From Candidatus Aceula lacicola (lineage in GTDB: Bacteria; Omnitrophota; Gorgyraeia; Zapsychrales; Aceulaceae), in contig JAVCCC010000004.1 in assembly GCA_030765785.1 (NCBI GenBank), positions 10,008 through 74,007 of the forward strand: 64,000 bases of DNA. The letters are read 5' to 3'. Position 1 is the stretch's first letter. The number at the start of each line of letters is the position of its first letter. A program made the translations under genes and the position numbers. A model generated the notes under the pieces. The model was not told the origin of the DNA and did not search any database. It saw only the letters and a list, made by a program, of their open reading frames with translations. Below are positions 18,432-32,581 of the stretch, one piece after another.

Positions 18432-19284
18432 CTTGTTTATTTTTTCTTTTTTTAATTTCCATCTCTAAATGGCATTGCTCGTGATCTGAACTCTCTCTTT
18501 TTTTATAAGAATTAAGCCGATGCATCATGTTGTCAAAATCGACAAGATGCCCATCAAATTCAGGACCATCAACACATACAAATTGAGTTTTTCCTCCCAC
18601 TGTTACGCGGCAACCTCCACACATACCCGTTCCATCAACCATAATTGTGTTAAGAGAAACAACCGTCGAGACTCCGTATGGTCGAGTGGTTTCAGAGCAA
18701 AATTTCATCATGATAGGAGGACCAATAGCTGTAACTAGGTCAGGTTTTTTAGCACGTTCACACAACTCTTTTAAGGGTTCGGTAACTAGCGCCTTTCGAC
18801 CATAAGAGCCATCGTCTGTACATATGATTATCTCATCGGCGATAGTTTTCATTTCATCTTCAAGAATAACCAATTCTTTGGTGCGAGCTCCTATAATAAT
18901 GATTAGTTTGTTACCAGCGGCTTTTAAAGCTTTTGCAATTGGATATAGCGGAGCAACGCCAATTCCGCCCCCAACGCCTACAACTGTGCCAAAGTTTTCA
19001 ATGTGCGTTGGCTTGCCCAGCGGGCCGACAAGATTAAGAATCTTGTCTTCCTCTTCAAGCTCTGCAAGCAAATGGGTTGTTTTTCCAACTGTTTGAAAAA
19101 TTAACGTGATGGAACCTTGTTTATTGTCGGAATCGGCAATAGTCAAAGGAATTCGTTCGCCTTCTTCAGAAATTTGCAAAATGATAAACTGTCCTGGCTG
19201 GCATTCTTCGGCGATAAGAGGAGCTTCAATTTGAAATCTAAAAACCTCTTCGGATATTTGCTTTTTTTCAATAATTTTATTCAT
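18415..19284 (-). CDS. NfnA/PyrK-like FAD-binding [2Fe-2S] subunit (SudB-like)
   Basis: 289 aa; ferredoxin-NADP reductase-like fold, C-terminal GTGMCGGCRV cluster motif. Overlaps the start of the GltD-like gene. Confidence 0.75.
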   Translation of the reverse strand: MNKIIEKKQISEEVFRFQIEAPLIAEECQPGQFIILQISEEGERIPLTIADSDNKQGSITLIFQTVGKTTHLLAELEEEDKILNLVGPLGKPTHIENFGTVVGVGGGIGVAPLYPIAKALKAAGNKLIIIIGARTKELVILEDEMKTIADEIIICTDDGSYGRKALVTEPLKELCERAKKPDLVTAIGPPIMMKFCSETTRPYGVSTVVSLNTIMVDGTGMCGGCRVTVGGKTQFVCVDGPEFDGHLVDFDNMMHRLNSYKKRESSDHEQCHLEMEIKKRKNKQDAPKQ

Positions 19285-19446
19285 TGTTTTTAGAGGTATC
19301 CCTTTGATGATTTTTATTTTTGCCTATTTCTTAGGCATTAGAATTTTTACCAAAAAACTCATAATTTATTCAAAAAAAAAGAAAAAGACGCCCTTGAATT
19401 GGACCCCTTTGCCGCAATGCAGCCATATTATTACGCACGCTATGCC

Positions 19447-19452
19447 TTGTCA
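19447..19452 (-). promoter_or_regulatory. possible -35 box (TTGACA) of an nfnAB promoter (TTGACA-17-TAATAT)
   Basis: On the minus strand, TTGACAaggcatagcgtgcgtaaTAATAT about 170 nt upstream of the nfnA start; the -10 box is poor. Confidence 0.25.
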
Positions 19453-19461
19453 ATATTTTTT

Positions 19462-20454
19462 TCAAATTTTTGATTTCTGTAAAAATAATTCATTGATCGC
19501 GTCTGGACAAAAATCACGAACACAATTTTTATCAGCAATAGGCCAAAAGCTGACCACTACATCGATATTGCGAAATTTTGAATATCTCTTAACCAAAGAA
19601 GCAGCTGTTAATAAAAGTTTGTCATCCGGACTTTTTCCTTTTAATACAGCGGTTGGCCCTTGAAAATCTTTAAGTTCAAGAATGAAATCATCATCCTCTG
19701 CATGCTCAACGAGTTTGTCATTTTCAAATTCATCGCGCCCAAGAATGACTTTAAAATGTTTATTAATTCGAACGTGTCGACCCCATCTTAAGCTGATAAT
19801 TTCATCAAGATTTTTGTAACCATATGTAAAGCTATCTTTTATCCTGCGAGCAAAATTTCTATCTGTCAAAAGACATCCACCACCCGTTGGCGTATAATTT
19901 TTAATGTCAAGTTCGCGTCCCATTTGTTGAAGATTTGAACGCGAACGCCCAGAGAAATTATGCAGCTTTTCACGATCGATCTTGCCTTCTTTTTCTGCGT
20001 CCGTTGGGTCAAGCAATTTGGCGCATAAAGGCCGAAGAAGACACCCCTTTAGTCCACTTTCTTTCTCGACACTTGCTAAACTATGACGCATTTGAGACAT
20101 TGGCCTTTGTCCTAAAACTTCACCGGTTGCGACAAAATCAGCATCGATTTCTTCCATATATCTTTTTGCTTTTTTAAGATTGTAAATACGACAATCAACG
20201 CAAGGATTAATGGCAGAGCCATAGCCGTGGCGAGGATTTTTGACAATTTCTAAGAAATCTTCGTTGAGCTGAATAATCTTAAGGGGAATTTTAAGCTGTT
20301 CTGCGATGCCCACAGAACGAGGCTTGTCACCACAGCCCCATGGAAGGATAAAATGAAGACCGTAAACATTCACCCCAAGATCAATTAAAATCTTGGTAGC
20401 AAGTGCGCTATCGAGCCCTCCAGAAATCATGCTAACAGCTTTTACTTTTTTCAT
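19462..20454 (-). CDS. PP-loop ATP pyrophosphatase, ThiI-like tRNA sulfurtransferase domain protein (no THUMP domain)
   Basis: 330 aa; SGGLDS PP-loop near the N-terminus, NPCVDCR, ATGEVLGQRPMSQ (ThiI-like GESLGQVASQ). Confidence 0.5.
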   Translation of the reverse strand: MKKVKAVSMISGGLDSALATKILIDLGVNVYGLHFILPWGCGDKPRSVGIAEQLKIPLKIIQLNEDFLEIVKNPRHGYGSAINPCVDCRIYNLKKAKRYMEEIDADFVATGEVLGQRPMSQMRHSLASVEKESGLKGCLLRPLCAKLLDPTDAEKEGKIDREKLHNFSGRSRSNLQQMGRELDIKNYTPTGGGCLLTDRNFARRIKDSFTYGYKNLDEIISLRWGRHVRINKHFKVILGRDEFENDKLVEHAEDDDFILELKDFQGPTAVLKGKSPDDKLLLTAASLVKRYSKFRNIDVVVSFWPIADKNCVRDFCPDAINELFLQKSKI

Positions 20455-20605
20455 AATAGTTTATTTCTCTTTGATTCGCGTGTATGCTAGCGCAATTTTC
20501 TTTTGCTTTCAAGATAATTATTTGTACACCGAGGAAAATGTTGCGTCCGCTTTACATTTATGTTATATATATTAATCTTACAAACTTTAAATAGAGAGTT
20601 TAAAT

Positions 20606-22336
20606 ATGGCAAAAGAAATAAGAAATAAGAAATTAATGACGGGTGCTCAAGCCTTGATCAAATGTTTGGAAAATCAAGGTGTTGAATACATGTTTGGGTT
20701 ACCAGGCGGGTCTGTCATTCCGATATTTGATGCTTTGGTGGATTCAAAAATAAAATCGATTTTAGTTCGACACGAACAAGGTGCAACGCATATGGCCGAT
20801 GGCTATGCGCGCGTAACAGGAAGACCTGGAGTTGCACTTGTAACAAGCGGTCCGGCGGCAACAAATACGATTACGGGAATTATGACCGCCCACATGGATT
20901 CAGTTCCAATGGTTGTTTTGTGCGGACAAACCATTACGCCAATGCTGGGCAAAGATGCCTTTCAAGAAACAGATACCTTCGGTGTCAGCATGCCAGTTGT
21001 TAAGCACAGTTATCTTGTTAAAAAAACTAATGATATTCCAAGAATTGTCAAAGAAGCTTTTCATTTAGCTCAAACAGGTAGACCTGGTCCTGTCTTGATA
21101 GATTTGCCTAAAGATGTTACTTCGGGTCCTTTTACTGGAAGCTCATTAAATCCTAATACTGATCTTCCGGGATATAACATTCCTTCTTTAGGGAAGAAAA
21201 ACGACATCTTAAAAATTGCTAAATTATTAAAACAATCCAAACGACCGCTATTGCTTGTCGGGCATGGTGCAATTATTTCCAAAGCAAGCTCTTCTGTTAG
21301 AAAATTAGTAGAAAAATTACAAGCACCTGTCGTGAATACTCTTCTGGGGAAAGGCGCTTTTCCTGAAACGCATCCCCTTTCTTTAGGAATGGTTGGTATG
21401 CACGGAACAGCATATTCAAACAAGGCGATCACATTGTGTGATTTAATTTTTTCTATTGGTTCTCGATGGGATGATAGAATCAATTCAAACAATGCTGAAT
21501 TTTGTTTAGGTGCGAAAAAAATACATATTGATATTGATCCTGCTGAGATTGGCAAAATTGTAAAGCCTGACGCTAGCTGTGTTGGTGACGCAAAGCTCAT
21601 TTTGGATGAACTCATAAAACATGTTTCGAAACTCGATACCGATGAATGGATTCGAGAACTGAAATATTTAAAAAAAGAGTATCCCCTTCATTACAACAAT
21701 GAAAAAGGATTGAGCGCACAGTATGTGATAGATGAACTTTATAATGTTACAAAAGGGAAAGCAATTGTTGCCACAGATGTAGGTCAACATCAAATGTGGG
21801 CTGCGCAATTTTATAAAAGCGACTATCCAGATTGCTGGCTTTCTTCTGGGGGAGCGGGAACAATGGGATACGGTTTCCCGGCTGCGATTGGTGCGCAATT
21901 TGGACGCCCGAAAGATCTTGTTGTTGCAATTTGTGGTGATGGCGGTTTTCAAATGACACTTTATGAATTATCGACAATTTTTAATCATAAGTTACCTGTT
22001 AAAATTTTAATCATCGATAATAAATATTTAGGAATGGTTCGTCAATGGCAAGAATTGTTTTTTGACAATAGGCTTTCTGGTGTTGACTTGGAAGGTAATC
22101 CAGATTTTGTTAAGCTTGCCGAAGCATATAATGTAAAAGGATTTCATGTTGATAATCCAAAAGATGTTCGAAAAACATTAGAAGCGGCAATGAAACATAA
22201 AGGGCCAGCCTTAATTCACGCGGAAGTCGTTAAGCAAGGTAATGTTTTTCCAATGGTGCCAGCAGGAAAATCTGCACATCATATGATTATAGAGCCGCCA
22301 ACGCAAAAATTAGAAAAACCAACAGGAAGTACGTAA
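20606..22336 (+). CDS. ilvB: acetolactate synthase large subunit (ThDP-dependent)
   Basis: 576 aa; ThDP-binding GDGGFQM...N motif, FAD-binding region, typical AHAS N-terminus [25 protein letters not shown]. Confidence 0.9.
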   Translation: MAKEIRNKKLMTGAQALIKCLENQGVEYMFGLPGGSVIPIFDALVDSKIKSILVRHEQGATHMADGYARVTGRPGVALVTSGPAATNTITGIMTAHMDSVPMVVLCGQTITPMLGKDAFQETDTFGVSMPVVKHSYLVKKTNDIPRIVKEAFHLAQTGRPGPVLIDLPKDVTSGPFTGSSLNPNTDLPGYNIPSLGKKNDILKIAKLLKQSKRPLLLVGHGAIISKASSSVRKLVEKLQAPVVNTLLGKGAFPETHPLSLGMVGMHGTAYSNKAITLCDLIFSIGSRWDDRINSNNAEFCLGAKKIHIDIDPAEIGKIVKPDASCVGDAKLILDELIKHVSKLDTDEWIRELKYLKKEYPLHYNNEKGLSAQYVIDELYNVTKGKAIVATDVGQHQMWAAQFYKSDYPDCWLSSGGAGTMGYGFPAAIGAQFGRPKDLVVAICGDGGFQMTLYELSTIFNHKLPVKILIIDNKYLGMVRQWQELFFDNRLSGVDLEGNPDFVKLAEAYNVKGFHVDNPKDVRKTLEAAMKHKGPALIHAEVVKQGNVFPMVPAGKSAHHMIIEPPTQKLEKPTGST

Positions 22337-22346
22337 GGTTAATATT

Positions 22347-22850
22347 ATGAGCAAAAAAATAAATAAAGTACACACTATCAGTTTTCTTGTCGCGAATAAA
22401 CCTGGAGTTCTTGTTCGAGTTGCTCTTGTCTTTGCAAAACGAGGATACAACATCGATTCCTTGGTTGTATCTCCCTCTTTTAACGAGAAATACTCAAGAA
22501 TGACGATAGCGGCTCAAGGAGACCTCGCCACGCTTGATCAAATTGTCAAACAGGCAGCCAAATTAGTTGACGTTCTTAATGTGAGCGAACATCCACCAGA
22601 AAACGCTATTGAAAAAGAATTCGCGCTTCTTAAGATTCGATGTAAGCCACAACAAAAAGTATCGTTACAAAAGATTTTAAAGAAATATAAAGCACATATT
22701 GTCGATATGACGAATGCTGCCGTTGTTGTTGAGCACACAGGTACGACCTCTGAGCTCAATGAACTTGAAATAAAATTAAAGAAATATGGGTTGATTGAGA
22801 TGATTCGAACCGGAAAGGTTTTGATGGTTCGAGGAAAAGAAACAACTTAA
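22347..22850 (+). CDS. ilvN: acetolactate synthase small (regulatory) subunit, ACT domain
   Basis: 167 aa; HTISFLVANKPGVLVRVALVFAKRGYNIDSL ACT signature. 10 nt downstream of ilvB. Confidence 0.9.
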   Translation: MSKKINKVHTISFLVANKPGVLVRVALVFAKRGYNIDSLVVSPSFNEKYSRMTIAAQGDLATLDQIVKQAAKLVDVLNVSEHPPENAIEKEFALLKIRCKPQQKVSLQKILKKYKAHIVDMTNAAVVVEHTGTTSELNELEIKLKKYGLIEMIRTGKVLMVRGKETT

Positions 22851-22876
22851 AGCTTAGACTTAAAGGGTATGATATA

Positions 22877-22908
22877 AAAAAGCGATCAAAATATTTTGAT
22901 CGCTTTTT
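22877..22908. terminator. bidirectional intrinsic terminator: 32-bp perfect palindrome flanked by A5 and T5
   Basis: AAAAAGCGATCAAAAT|ATTTTGATCGCTTTTT between convergent ilvN (+) and trxB (-). Confidence 0.8.
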
Positions 22909-22934
22909 AAATTACTGATTTTTTTTAGAAAATA

Positions 22935-23879
22935 CTAAACGTCTTCTTTAAGATAGTGATCTGCTTCAGTGGCTGCCATGCAACCAGACCCAGCAGCTGT
23001 AATGGCCTGACGATAAATTTTATCCTGCACATCTCCACAAGCAAAAACACCAGAAACATTTGTTTGCGTTGTTCCGGGCTTTGTCATGATATATCCTGCT
23101 TCGTCAATTTCAATTTGACCATCTAAAAAATCTGTATTTGGCTCATGTCCAACAGCATAAAAAAGACCTGACACTTCCATCTTGTCTTCTTTCGATGTTT
23201 TTGCATGCTTTGTTTTAAGAGATGTGAGAAACTGTTCGCCCATCGCTTCAGCAACGTGAGTTTCCCAAATCATTTTAATCTTGTCGTTATTTAAAACACG
23301 ATCTTGCATAGTTTTTGATGCACGTAAAACATCGCGTCTAACAAACATTAAAACCTTACTTGCGTATTTTGTTAAATGAAGCGCCTCCTCGCAAGCAGTG
23401 TCCCCGCCGCCGATAATTCCTAAAACTTTGTTTCGAAATAATGGCAATGCTCCATCGCAAACGGCACAAGCTGAAATTCCTTTTTGCCAAAATTTATCTT
23501 CATTCACAATGCCTAATCTTTTGGCTGTTGCACCCGTTGCAATAATAATTGTCTTTGTTTCGACAGAATCTTTTTCAGCTATAACTTTAAACGGTTTAGA
23601 TTTAAGATCAATCATTGTAACGGTCTTCGTTTCAATGCGAGCGCCACACTTGATAGCCTGTTTGCGCATCTGGTCCATTAATTCTGATCCGCCAATACCA
23701 TCAGGAAACCCTGGAAAATTTTCAATCTCAGTTGTTGTTGTAAGCTGACCACCAGCGGCAATATTTCCCGCCATCATTCCCTCAAACATCAATGGTTTTA
23801 ATTCGGATCGGCCTGCATAAATAGCAGCGGTATGAGCTGCTGGTCCAGACCCAATAATAATAACATTTTCAATCTTCAT
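22935..23879 (-). CDS. trxB: thioredoxin-disulfide reductase
   Basis: Redox-active CAVCDG, FAD motif GSGPAAHTAA, NADPH motif GGGDTA. Start set at MKIENV (ATG 23879, GGAGG 5 nt upstream); the track ORF begins 15 nt earlier. Confidence 0.9.
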   Translation of the reverse strand: MKIENVIIIGSGPAAHTAAIYAGRSELKPLMFEGMMAGNIAAGGQLTTTTEIENFPGFPDGIGGSELMDQMRKQAIKCGARIETKTVTMIDLKSKPFKVIAEKDSVETKTIIIATGATAKRLGIVNEDKFWQKGISACAVCDGALPLFRNKVLGIIGGGDTACEEALHLTKYASKVLMFVRRDVLRASKTMQDRVLNNDKIKMIWETHVAEAMGEQFLTSLKTKHAKTSKEDKMEVSGLFYAVGHEPNTDFLDGQIEIDEAGYIMTKPGTTQTNVSGVFACGDVQDKIYRQAITAAGSGCMAATEADHYLKEDV

Positions 23880-24993
23880 TTTGTTCCTCCACATTCATTT
23901 TAGAAAAACTTGGATGCAAATCGCTATATTTTTTCATCACAACGGATTCACTGGTTATGTTTGATTCGTAAGCATTCTCTTCTCTATCAATTAATTCATC
24001 TAAATTCTGATCTGACTTAATTGTAAAACCTGCATCTTTAATCATTTGTAAAGTTTTCTTTCGACTTAAGCCTGTAGCATTTAAATAGCCGTCCATAAAA
24101 ATAGAACTTGCTGGATACAGTCCAAGTGCTTGCAAGTCTCGTAAATGGTATTCTCGTCCGGCAGCAATTCTAATTTCGACTGCAGGATTTAAAAACCGAT
24201 ATAAGCAAAGTATTCGTAAGCACAACTGTGGTGTTAATTCATTTGCTTTTGTTAATACATTTCCTTCAATGGGAAGAAGAAAATTTACAGGAATAGATTT
24301 TACATTTTTAAATTTTCGAAGCGTTAAAGCAGCATCTATGATATCGTCGATGCTTTCGCCCATTCCAACAATGACACCAGAACAAATATCAAGCTCAGCA
24401 TTTTGAGCTGCATTTAAAGTGTCAATGCGCTTTTGAAAGGAATGCGTTGTGCAAATATTTTTATAATGATTAGCTGACGTATTAATATTGTGGTTGAGTC
24501 GATTAAGGCCTGCCTTTTTTAAGATTTTCGCTTCATCTTCTGTGATAAATCCAGGTGAAACACAAACCTCGATTGGAAATCTTGACTTAATTTCTTTAAT
24601 GATGCTAACAAGATGTTTGATGCGGCTTTTCGACTGACACTTTCCAGAAAAAACCATACAATGACGAAACGCACCAGCTTTATAGGCTTGCTCTGCTTCT
24701 TTAAAAATCTCATCATCAGATTTCATAGGATACTTTTCAATCTTTGCGCTTGAGGATTTTGATTGAGCACAATAGTGACAATCTTCAGAACACGAGCCAT
24801 TTTGAACATTGTTAATAATATGAATTCTTACCTCGTTTTTCCAATATTTAAAACGCAGCTTATAGGCGGCCTGAAGAAGTGAAAGCAATTGAATTTTTGG
24901 AGATGTGAGAATTGCTTGGCATTCCTCGCTTGATAGAATTTCACCAGAAAGGCTTTTATTTGTTAAGTTTGTATAAAATTTAGTATTCATCAT
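23869..24993 (-). CDS. bioB: biotin synthase (radical SAM BioB family)
   Basis: 374 aa; GSCSEDCHYCAQS (CxxxCxxC); BioB-like blocks RHCMVFSG, LNRLNHNINTSANHYKNICTTHSFQKRIDTL, LDICSGVIVGMGES, IPVNFLLPIEG match E. coli BioB. About 30-aa C-terminal extension. 3' end overlaps the trxB start. Confidence 0.7.
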   Translation of the reverse strand: MMNTKFYTNLTNKSLSGEILSSEECQAILTSPKIQLLSLLQAAYKLRFKYWKNEVRIHIINNVQNGSCSEDCHYCAQSKSSSAKIEKYPMKSDDEIFKEAEQAYKAGAFRHCMVFSGKCQSKSRIKHLVSIIKEIKSRFPIEVCVSPGFITEDEAKILKKAGLNRLNHNINTSANHYKNICTTHSFQKRIDTLNAAQNAELDICSGVIVGMGESIDDIIDAALTLRKFKNVKSIPVNFLLPIEGNVLTKANELTPQLCLRILCLYRFLNPAVEIRIAAGREYHLRDLQALGLYPASSIFMDGYLNATGLSRKKTLQMIKDAGFTIKSDQNLDELIDREENAYESNITSESVVMKKYSDLHPSFSKMNVEEQNED

Positions 24994-25056
24994 TGATGTA
25001 TTCTAATGCAAGTCAGCAAAAAAATCAAATAGTTAACGAATAATAATTGGAAAAGA

Positions 25057-25085
25057 CTTGCTAAAAGTATTAATATTATGTATAT
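25057..25085 (+). promoter_or_regulatory. candidate promoter TTGCTA-17-TATATT; -10 ends 6 nt before the ATG at 25092 (leaderless?)
   Basis: TTGCTA at 25057-25062, TATATT at 25080-25085, then actcct, then ATGAAAAAATTG. The track start ATG (25078) lies inside the promoter. Confidence 0.35.
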
Positions 25086-25091
25086 TACTCC

Positions 25092-26898
25092 TATGAAAAA
25101 ATTGCATACTTTTCATATTCCTGTCATGGGAACTGGATTTTCAATCGACACGCCTCTTAAAGTTGCTAAATATGGTATTTCTTCTGTAATTTCCCTTGTA
25201 GATGACACCTTAATTGAGCAGATGCGTAAATTTTATAGCTCTCTTTATGGCGAAGATTATAAGGAAATCAAAAAAGACGACCCAGACCATAGGGCGCGAC
25301 GCATCACCGAATATTTAAACCTTATTGATCGGATTGTAAAAAAACAGATTAAAGACTTAAAATCTTCAGCATTTGAGACAGGAAGCGAGATTACAAAATA
25401 TTTTGAGCTTCTGCCGGACACCTCTCCTTTTAAGAAACTTTATCAAGAGATGCTTTCAACTAAGGATTTAGAAGTAAAAGAAAGGCTTCAAAACGAGCTG
25501 CGCGAGAATGTGAAAGCCGGTAGTATTGATGTTAATATTATGACAAAGCTTGATCGCACAAATTTTGATAAAGATGGCAAAGAGCTTCCCTCTGAATTCT
25601 CAGATGCGCTTGCTGCTTTTCGAGGTTATGCACAAAGTACCTTAGCATCAGCGATTATTTTTTCAGCTGGATTTAATCGAAAACTTTATAGTTATATTGA
25701 AAATTTTAAAGATTTTTATTGTAATGCGACAGGTGAAATAAAAAAGAAAATTGTTTTAAAGGTAAGTGATTATCGATCATGTATTACTCAAGGTAAATTT
25801 TTAGCTAAAAAAGGTCTTTGGGTTTCTGAATATCGCATCGAATCTGGTCTTAATTGTGGCGGACATGCTTTTATTTCAGAAGGATTTCTTTTAGGTCCTA
25901 TTTTAGAAGAAATGAAAGTAAAGCGTGACGAGCTATTTTCTGGCATTAAAAGTGTTTATGAAAAAGCTGTTAAATTAAAAAATGATTTCTCTGCGATGCC
26001 TCCCGACGCAAAGATTACCGTTCAAGGCGGTATTGGAACACATGACGAAGATCAATTTCTGATGAATCATTATGATCTTGACGGAACAGGTTGGGCAACA
26101 CCTTTTCTTCTTGTTCCTGAAGTCTCTAATGTCGATGAAAAAACTTTAGAAAAATTACGCGTTTGCGATGAAGATGATCTTTATTTAAGCAATTGTTCAC
26201 CCATTGGAGTTCCTTTTAATAATCTTAAAAGTGCTCCAAGCAATGTCGTGCAAGAACGGCGCGTACAAGATGACCGCCCGGGAAGCAACTGCTTCAAAGG
26301 ACATCTTAAATTTAATACAGAATTTACAAATTTACCAATTTGCATTGCATCGCGTCAATACCAAAAGCTAAAACTTGAACAAATTGAAAATTCAGACGAT
26401 AAAGAAAACCTTCCTTCCAAAAAAGATGTTGTTGTGAAAACGTGTATTTGCCATGATCTTGGAGCTTCCGCTTTGATGGTCAACGGCATTGAAACAAAGC
26501 AGTCTTTGGAGCCTGCGATTTGTCCAGGTCCAAATCTAGCATATTTTTCAAAAGTGGTAACCTTAAAAGAAATGACAGATCATATTTACGGTCGAATCGA
26601 TCTTTTAAATTCAAAATATCGTCAACATGTTTTTATTAAAGAAGTTGGGCTTTATATTGATTCTTTTGTTAAAGAAATAAAGCATTGTAAATGTACGTTG
26701 ACGGATAAGCAAGTTACTTATTTTAATGGATTTAAGAAAAATCTTATAGCTGGTATTGATTATTATTATGATTTATTTTCAAAACTTATGAAAGACGCAC
26801 AAGACCAGCAAAAACGAATTTTTGATGAATTAAAAGAATTTCGATCTAAGCTTGAACGCATTACCCCTGATCAAATCAATCCTCTTCGGAAGAAATAG
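25092..26898 (+). CDS. hypothetical 601-606 aa protein with NPD/FabK-like FMN TIM-barrel motifs and a Cys-containing C-terminal domain
   Basis: MKKLHTFHIPVMGTGFS (cf. IIQGGM of NPD/FabK), LNCGGHAFISEG, ITVQGGIGTHDEDQF..DLDGTGWATPFLL (cf. AAGGI...GVQMGTRFL). C-terminal about 230 aa with CxC pairs (KTCICHD, HCKCT). Divergent from bioB. Confidence 0.45.
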
Positions 26899-26913
26899 AT
26901 AAATCTTTATTGA

Positions 26914-29080
<2,167 letters not shown>

Positions 29081-29118
29081 AGGTGCTCCTTTTTAAGTTA
29101 TGCGTTATAAGAAATATT

Positions 29119-29146
29119 ATTATAAACCCCTCTTTTGACCTGTCAA
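29119..29146 (-). promoter_or_regulatory. consensus sigma70 promoter TTGACA-16-TATAAT for the trx-like/thiC operon
   Basis: Minus strand: TTGACAggtcaaaagaggggttTATAAT. The -35 box lies inside the palindrome TTGACCTGTCAA (29135-29146). About 32-nt leader with an AAGGAG ribosome-binding site. No TPP-riboswitch core motif is visible. Confidence 0.55.
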
Positions 29147-29224
29147 GGACAAACAGCGAGGCTTTTAGTTGCTTTTTGAGATATTTAAAATATAATAAAA
29201 ACATCATTGCTACGAAAGGATATT

Positions 29225-29872
29225 ATGTCGGATTCAAACATTTTGATAAAACAGATCATGGTCGGACCTATGCAAAACTTTGCATATTTTATCGGTGACA
29301 AAAAAAGTAATCAAATCGCTGTTGTAGATCCTGCTTGGGACATCAACCTAATCTGCCAGGAAGCAGAAAAAAGTGATCTAAAAATTACAGCCATTCTTTT
29401 AACACATGGACACTATGATCATGCCGATGGTGTTTGTGATTTGCTTGAACGCTACGATGTCCCCGTTTATATTTCTCAACAAGAAATGCCTATTTATATG
29501 CCAAATTGTAAGAATTTAAAGAAAATCAAAGATCATGAAAAAGTTAAAATTGGAAATATTGATATCGAATGTATATTAACACCTGGCCATACGCCAGGAT
29601 GCCTCTGTTTTTATGTCCCTGGGCATTTGATCACAGGCGATACTCTTTTTGTTCATGGATGTGGACGTTGTGACTTGCCTGGTGGCGATGCAAAGAAAAT
29701 GCACCATTCTCTTTATAATATTATTGGGAAATTACCTGAAGAAACAATAATTTATCCAGGCCATTTTTATGGGCCCTCGGAAACAGCTACATTAAAATCT
29801 CAAAAAGAAACAAACCCTTACCTGCAGAGCAAAGATTTAGAACACTTTTTATCAAAACGAATGGGGCTTTAA
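29225..29872 (+). CDS. MBL-fold metallo-hydrolase (glyoxalase II-like)
   Basis: THGHYDHADGV (HxHxDH), GHTPG, downstream His/Asp ligands. Start at ATG 29225 with AAGGA 5 nt upstream; the track ORF starts at TTG 29207. Confidence 0.8.
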   Translation: MSDSNILIKQIMVGPMQNFAYFIGDKKSNQIAVVDPAWDINLICQEAEKSDLKITAILLTHGHYDHADGVCDLLERYDVPVYISQQEMPIYMPNCKNLKKIKDHEKVKIGNIDIECILTPGHTPGCLCFYVPGHLITGDTLFVHGCGRCDLPGGDAKKMHHSLYNIIGKLPEETIIYPGHFYGPSETATLKSQKETNPYLQSKDLEHFLSKRMGL

Positions 29873-29875
29873 TAT

Positions 29876-30802
29876 TTACTCTTCAAACAACCATGTTGAC
29901 AAATAACGCTCTCCTGTATCGCATAAAATTGTTACAATTGTCTTGCCTTTGGCCTCAGGCCGCTTAGCAACCTCGAGAGCAGCCCAAACATTGGCGCCCG
30001 AAGAAATTCCTGATAGAATTCCCTCTTCTTTTGCAAGGCGTCTTGATGTCTGGCCTGCATTTTCATGAGAAACCCGAATAACTTCATCAATAATGCTTTT
30101 ATCGACGACATCTGGAATAAATCCTGCACCAATGCCTTGAATTTTATGTGGACCTGGATTGCCTCCAGATAAAACAGGCGAATCAACAGGCTCAACAGCA
30201 ATAATTTTAACATCAGGATTTTTTTCTTTTAGAATCGTGCCTACACCAGTTAAGGTTCCTCCTGTCCCAACACCAACAATAAAAAAATCAACGATGCCAT
30301 CTGTATCACTTAAAATTTCTTGTGCAGTTGTTTTTTTATGAATTTCAGGATTAGCAGGGTTTTGAAATTGTTGTGGCATAAAACTATTCTTTGTTTGAGC
30401 AACAATCTCTTCAGCCTTTTCAATAGCTCCCTTCATTCCTTTGGCTCCGTCTGTCAAAACAAGCTCTGCGCCAAGCGCTTTAAAAAGTTTTCGACGTTCC
30501 ACACTCATGGTATCTGGCATGGTCAAAATAAGCTTGTAGCCTTTGGCTGCTGAGACAAAAGAAAGTGCAATACCAGTGTTTCCGCTTGTAGGTTCAACAA
30601 TAACAGAGTCTTTCTTTAGAATTCCTTTTTTTTCAGCCGCTTCAATCATGGCCAATCCAATGCGATCTTTAACACTTGAAAGAGGATTAAAAAATTCTGC
30701 TTTCACGAGGACGGTTGCACCTAACCCCTCTGTTAATTTATTAATTCTAATCAGTGGCGTATTGCCTATTGTTTGTGTAATGTCATTAAATATCTTTGCC
30801 AT
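29876..30802 (-). CDS. cysK: cysteine synthase A (O-acetylserine sulfhydrylase)
   Basis: 308 aa; PLP-lysine motif [22 protein letters not shown] glycine loop. Confidence 0.9.
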   Translation of the reverse strand: MAKIFNDITQTIGNTPLIRINKLTEGLGATVLVKAEFFNPLSSVKDRIGLAMIEAAEKKGILKKDSVIVEPTSGNTGIALSFVSAAKGYKLILTMPDTMSVERRKLFKALGAELVLTDGAKGMKGAIEKAEEIVAQTKNSFMPQQFQNPANPEIHKKTTAQEILSDTDGIVDFFIVGVGTGGTLTGVGTILKEKNPDVKIIAVEPVDSPVLSGGNPGPHKIQGIGAGFIPDVVDKSIIDEVIRVSHENAGQTSRRLAKEEGILSGISSGANVWAALEVAKRPEAKGKTIVTILCDTGERYLSTWLFEE

Positions 30803-30812
30803 AACAATCTCC

Positions 30813-32547
<1,735 letters not shown>

Positions 32548-32581
32548 TTCATTGTCTACCTTTTCTATCGATTTAGTAGAA

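Noticed and set aside
19304-19663. 119-aa plus-strand ORF in the nfnA/ThiI-like intergenic region, overlapping the ThiI-like 3' end.
   Set aside because: Low-complexity, Lys/Phe-rich translation with no RBS, largely antisense to a well-supported gene. Typical AT-rich shadow ORF.
20455-20605. T-box or leader-peptide attenuator upstream of ilvB.
   Set aside because: Only about 150 nt are available, with no T-box core sequence (AATTAGGGTGGNACCGCG-like) or terminator/antiterminator pair visible.
21070-21615. 181-aa antisense ORF inside ilvB; other antisense ORFs occur within long genes (e.g. 2422..2748, 17562..17847, 30543..30821, 35657..36022).
   Set aside because: Each lies opposite a strongly supported conserved gene, has no RBS or domain signature, and shows the amino-acid bias expected from antisense translation.
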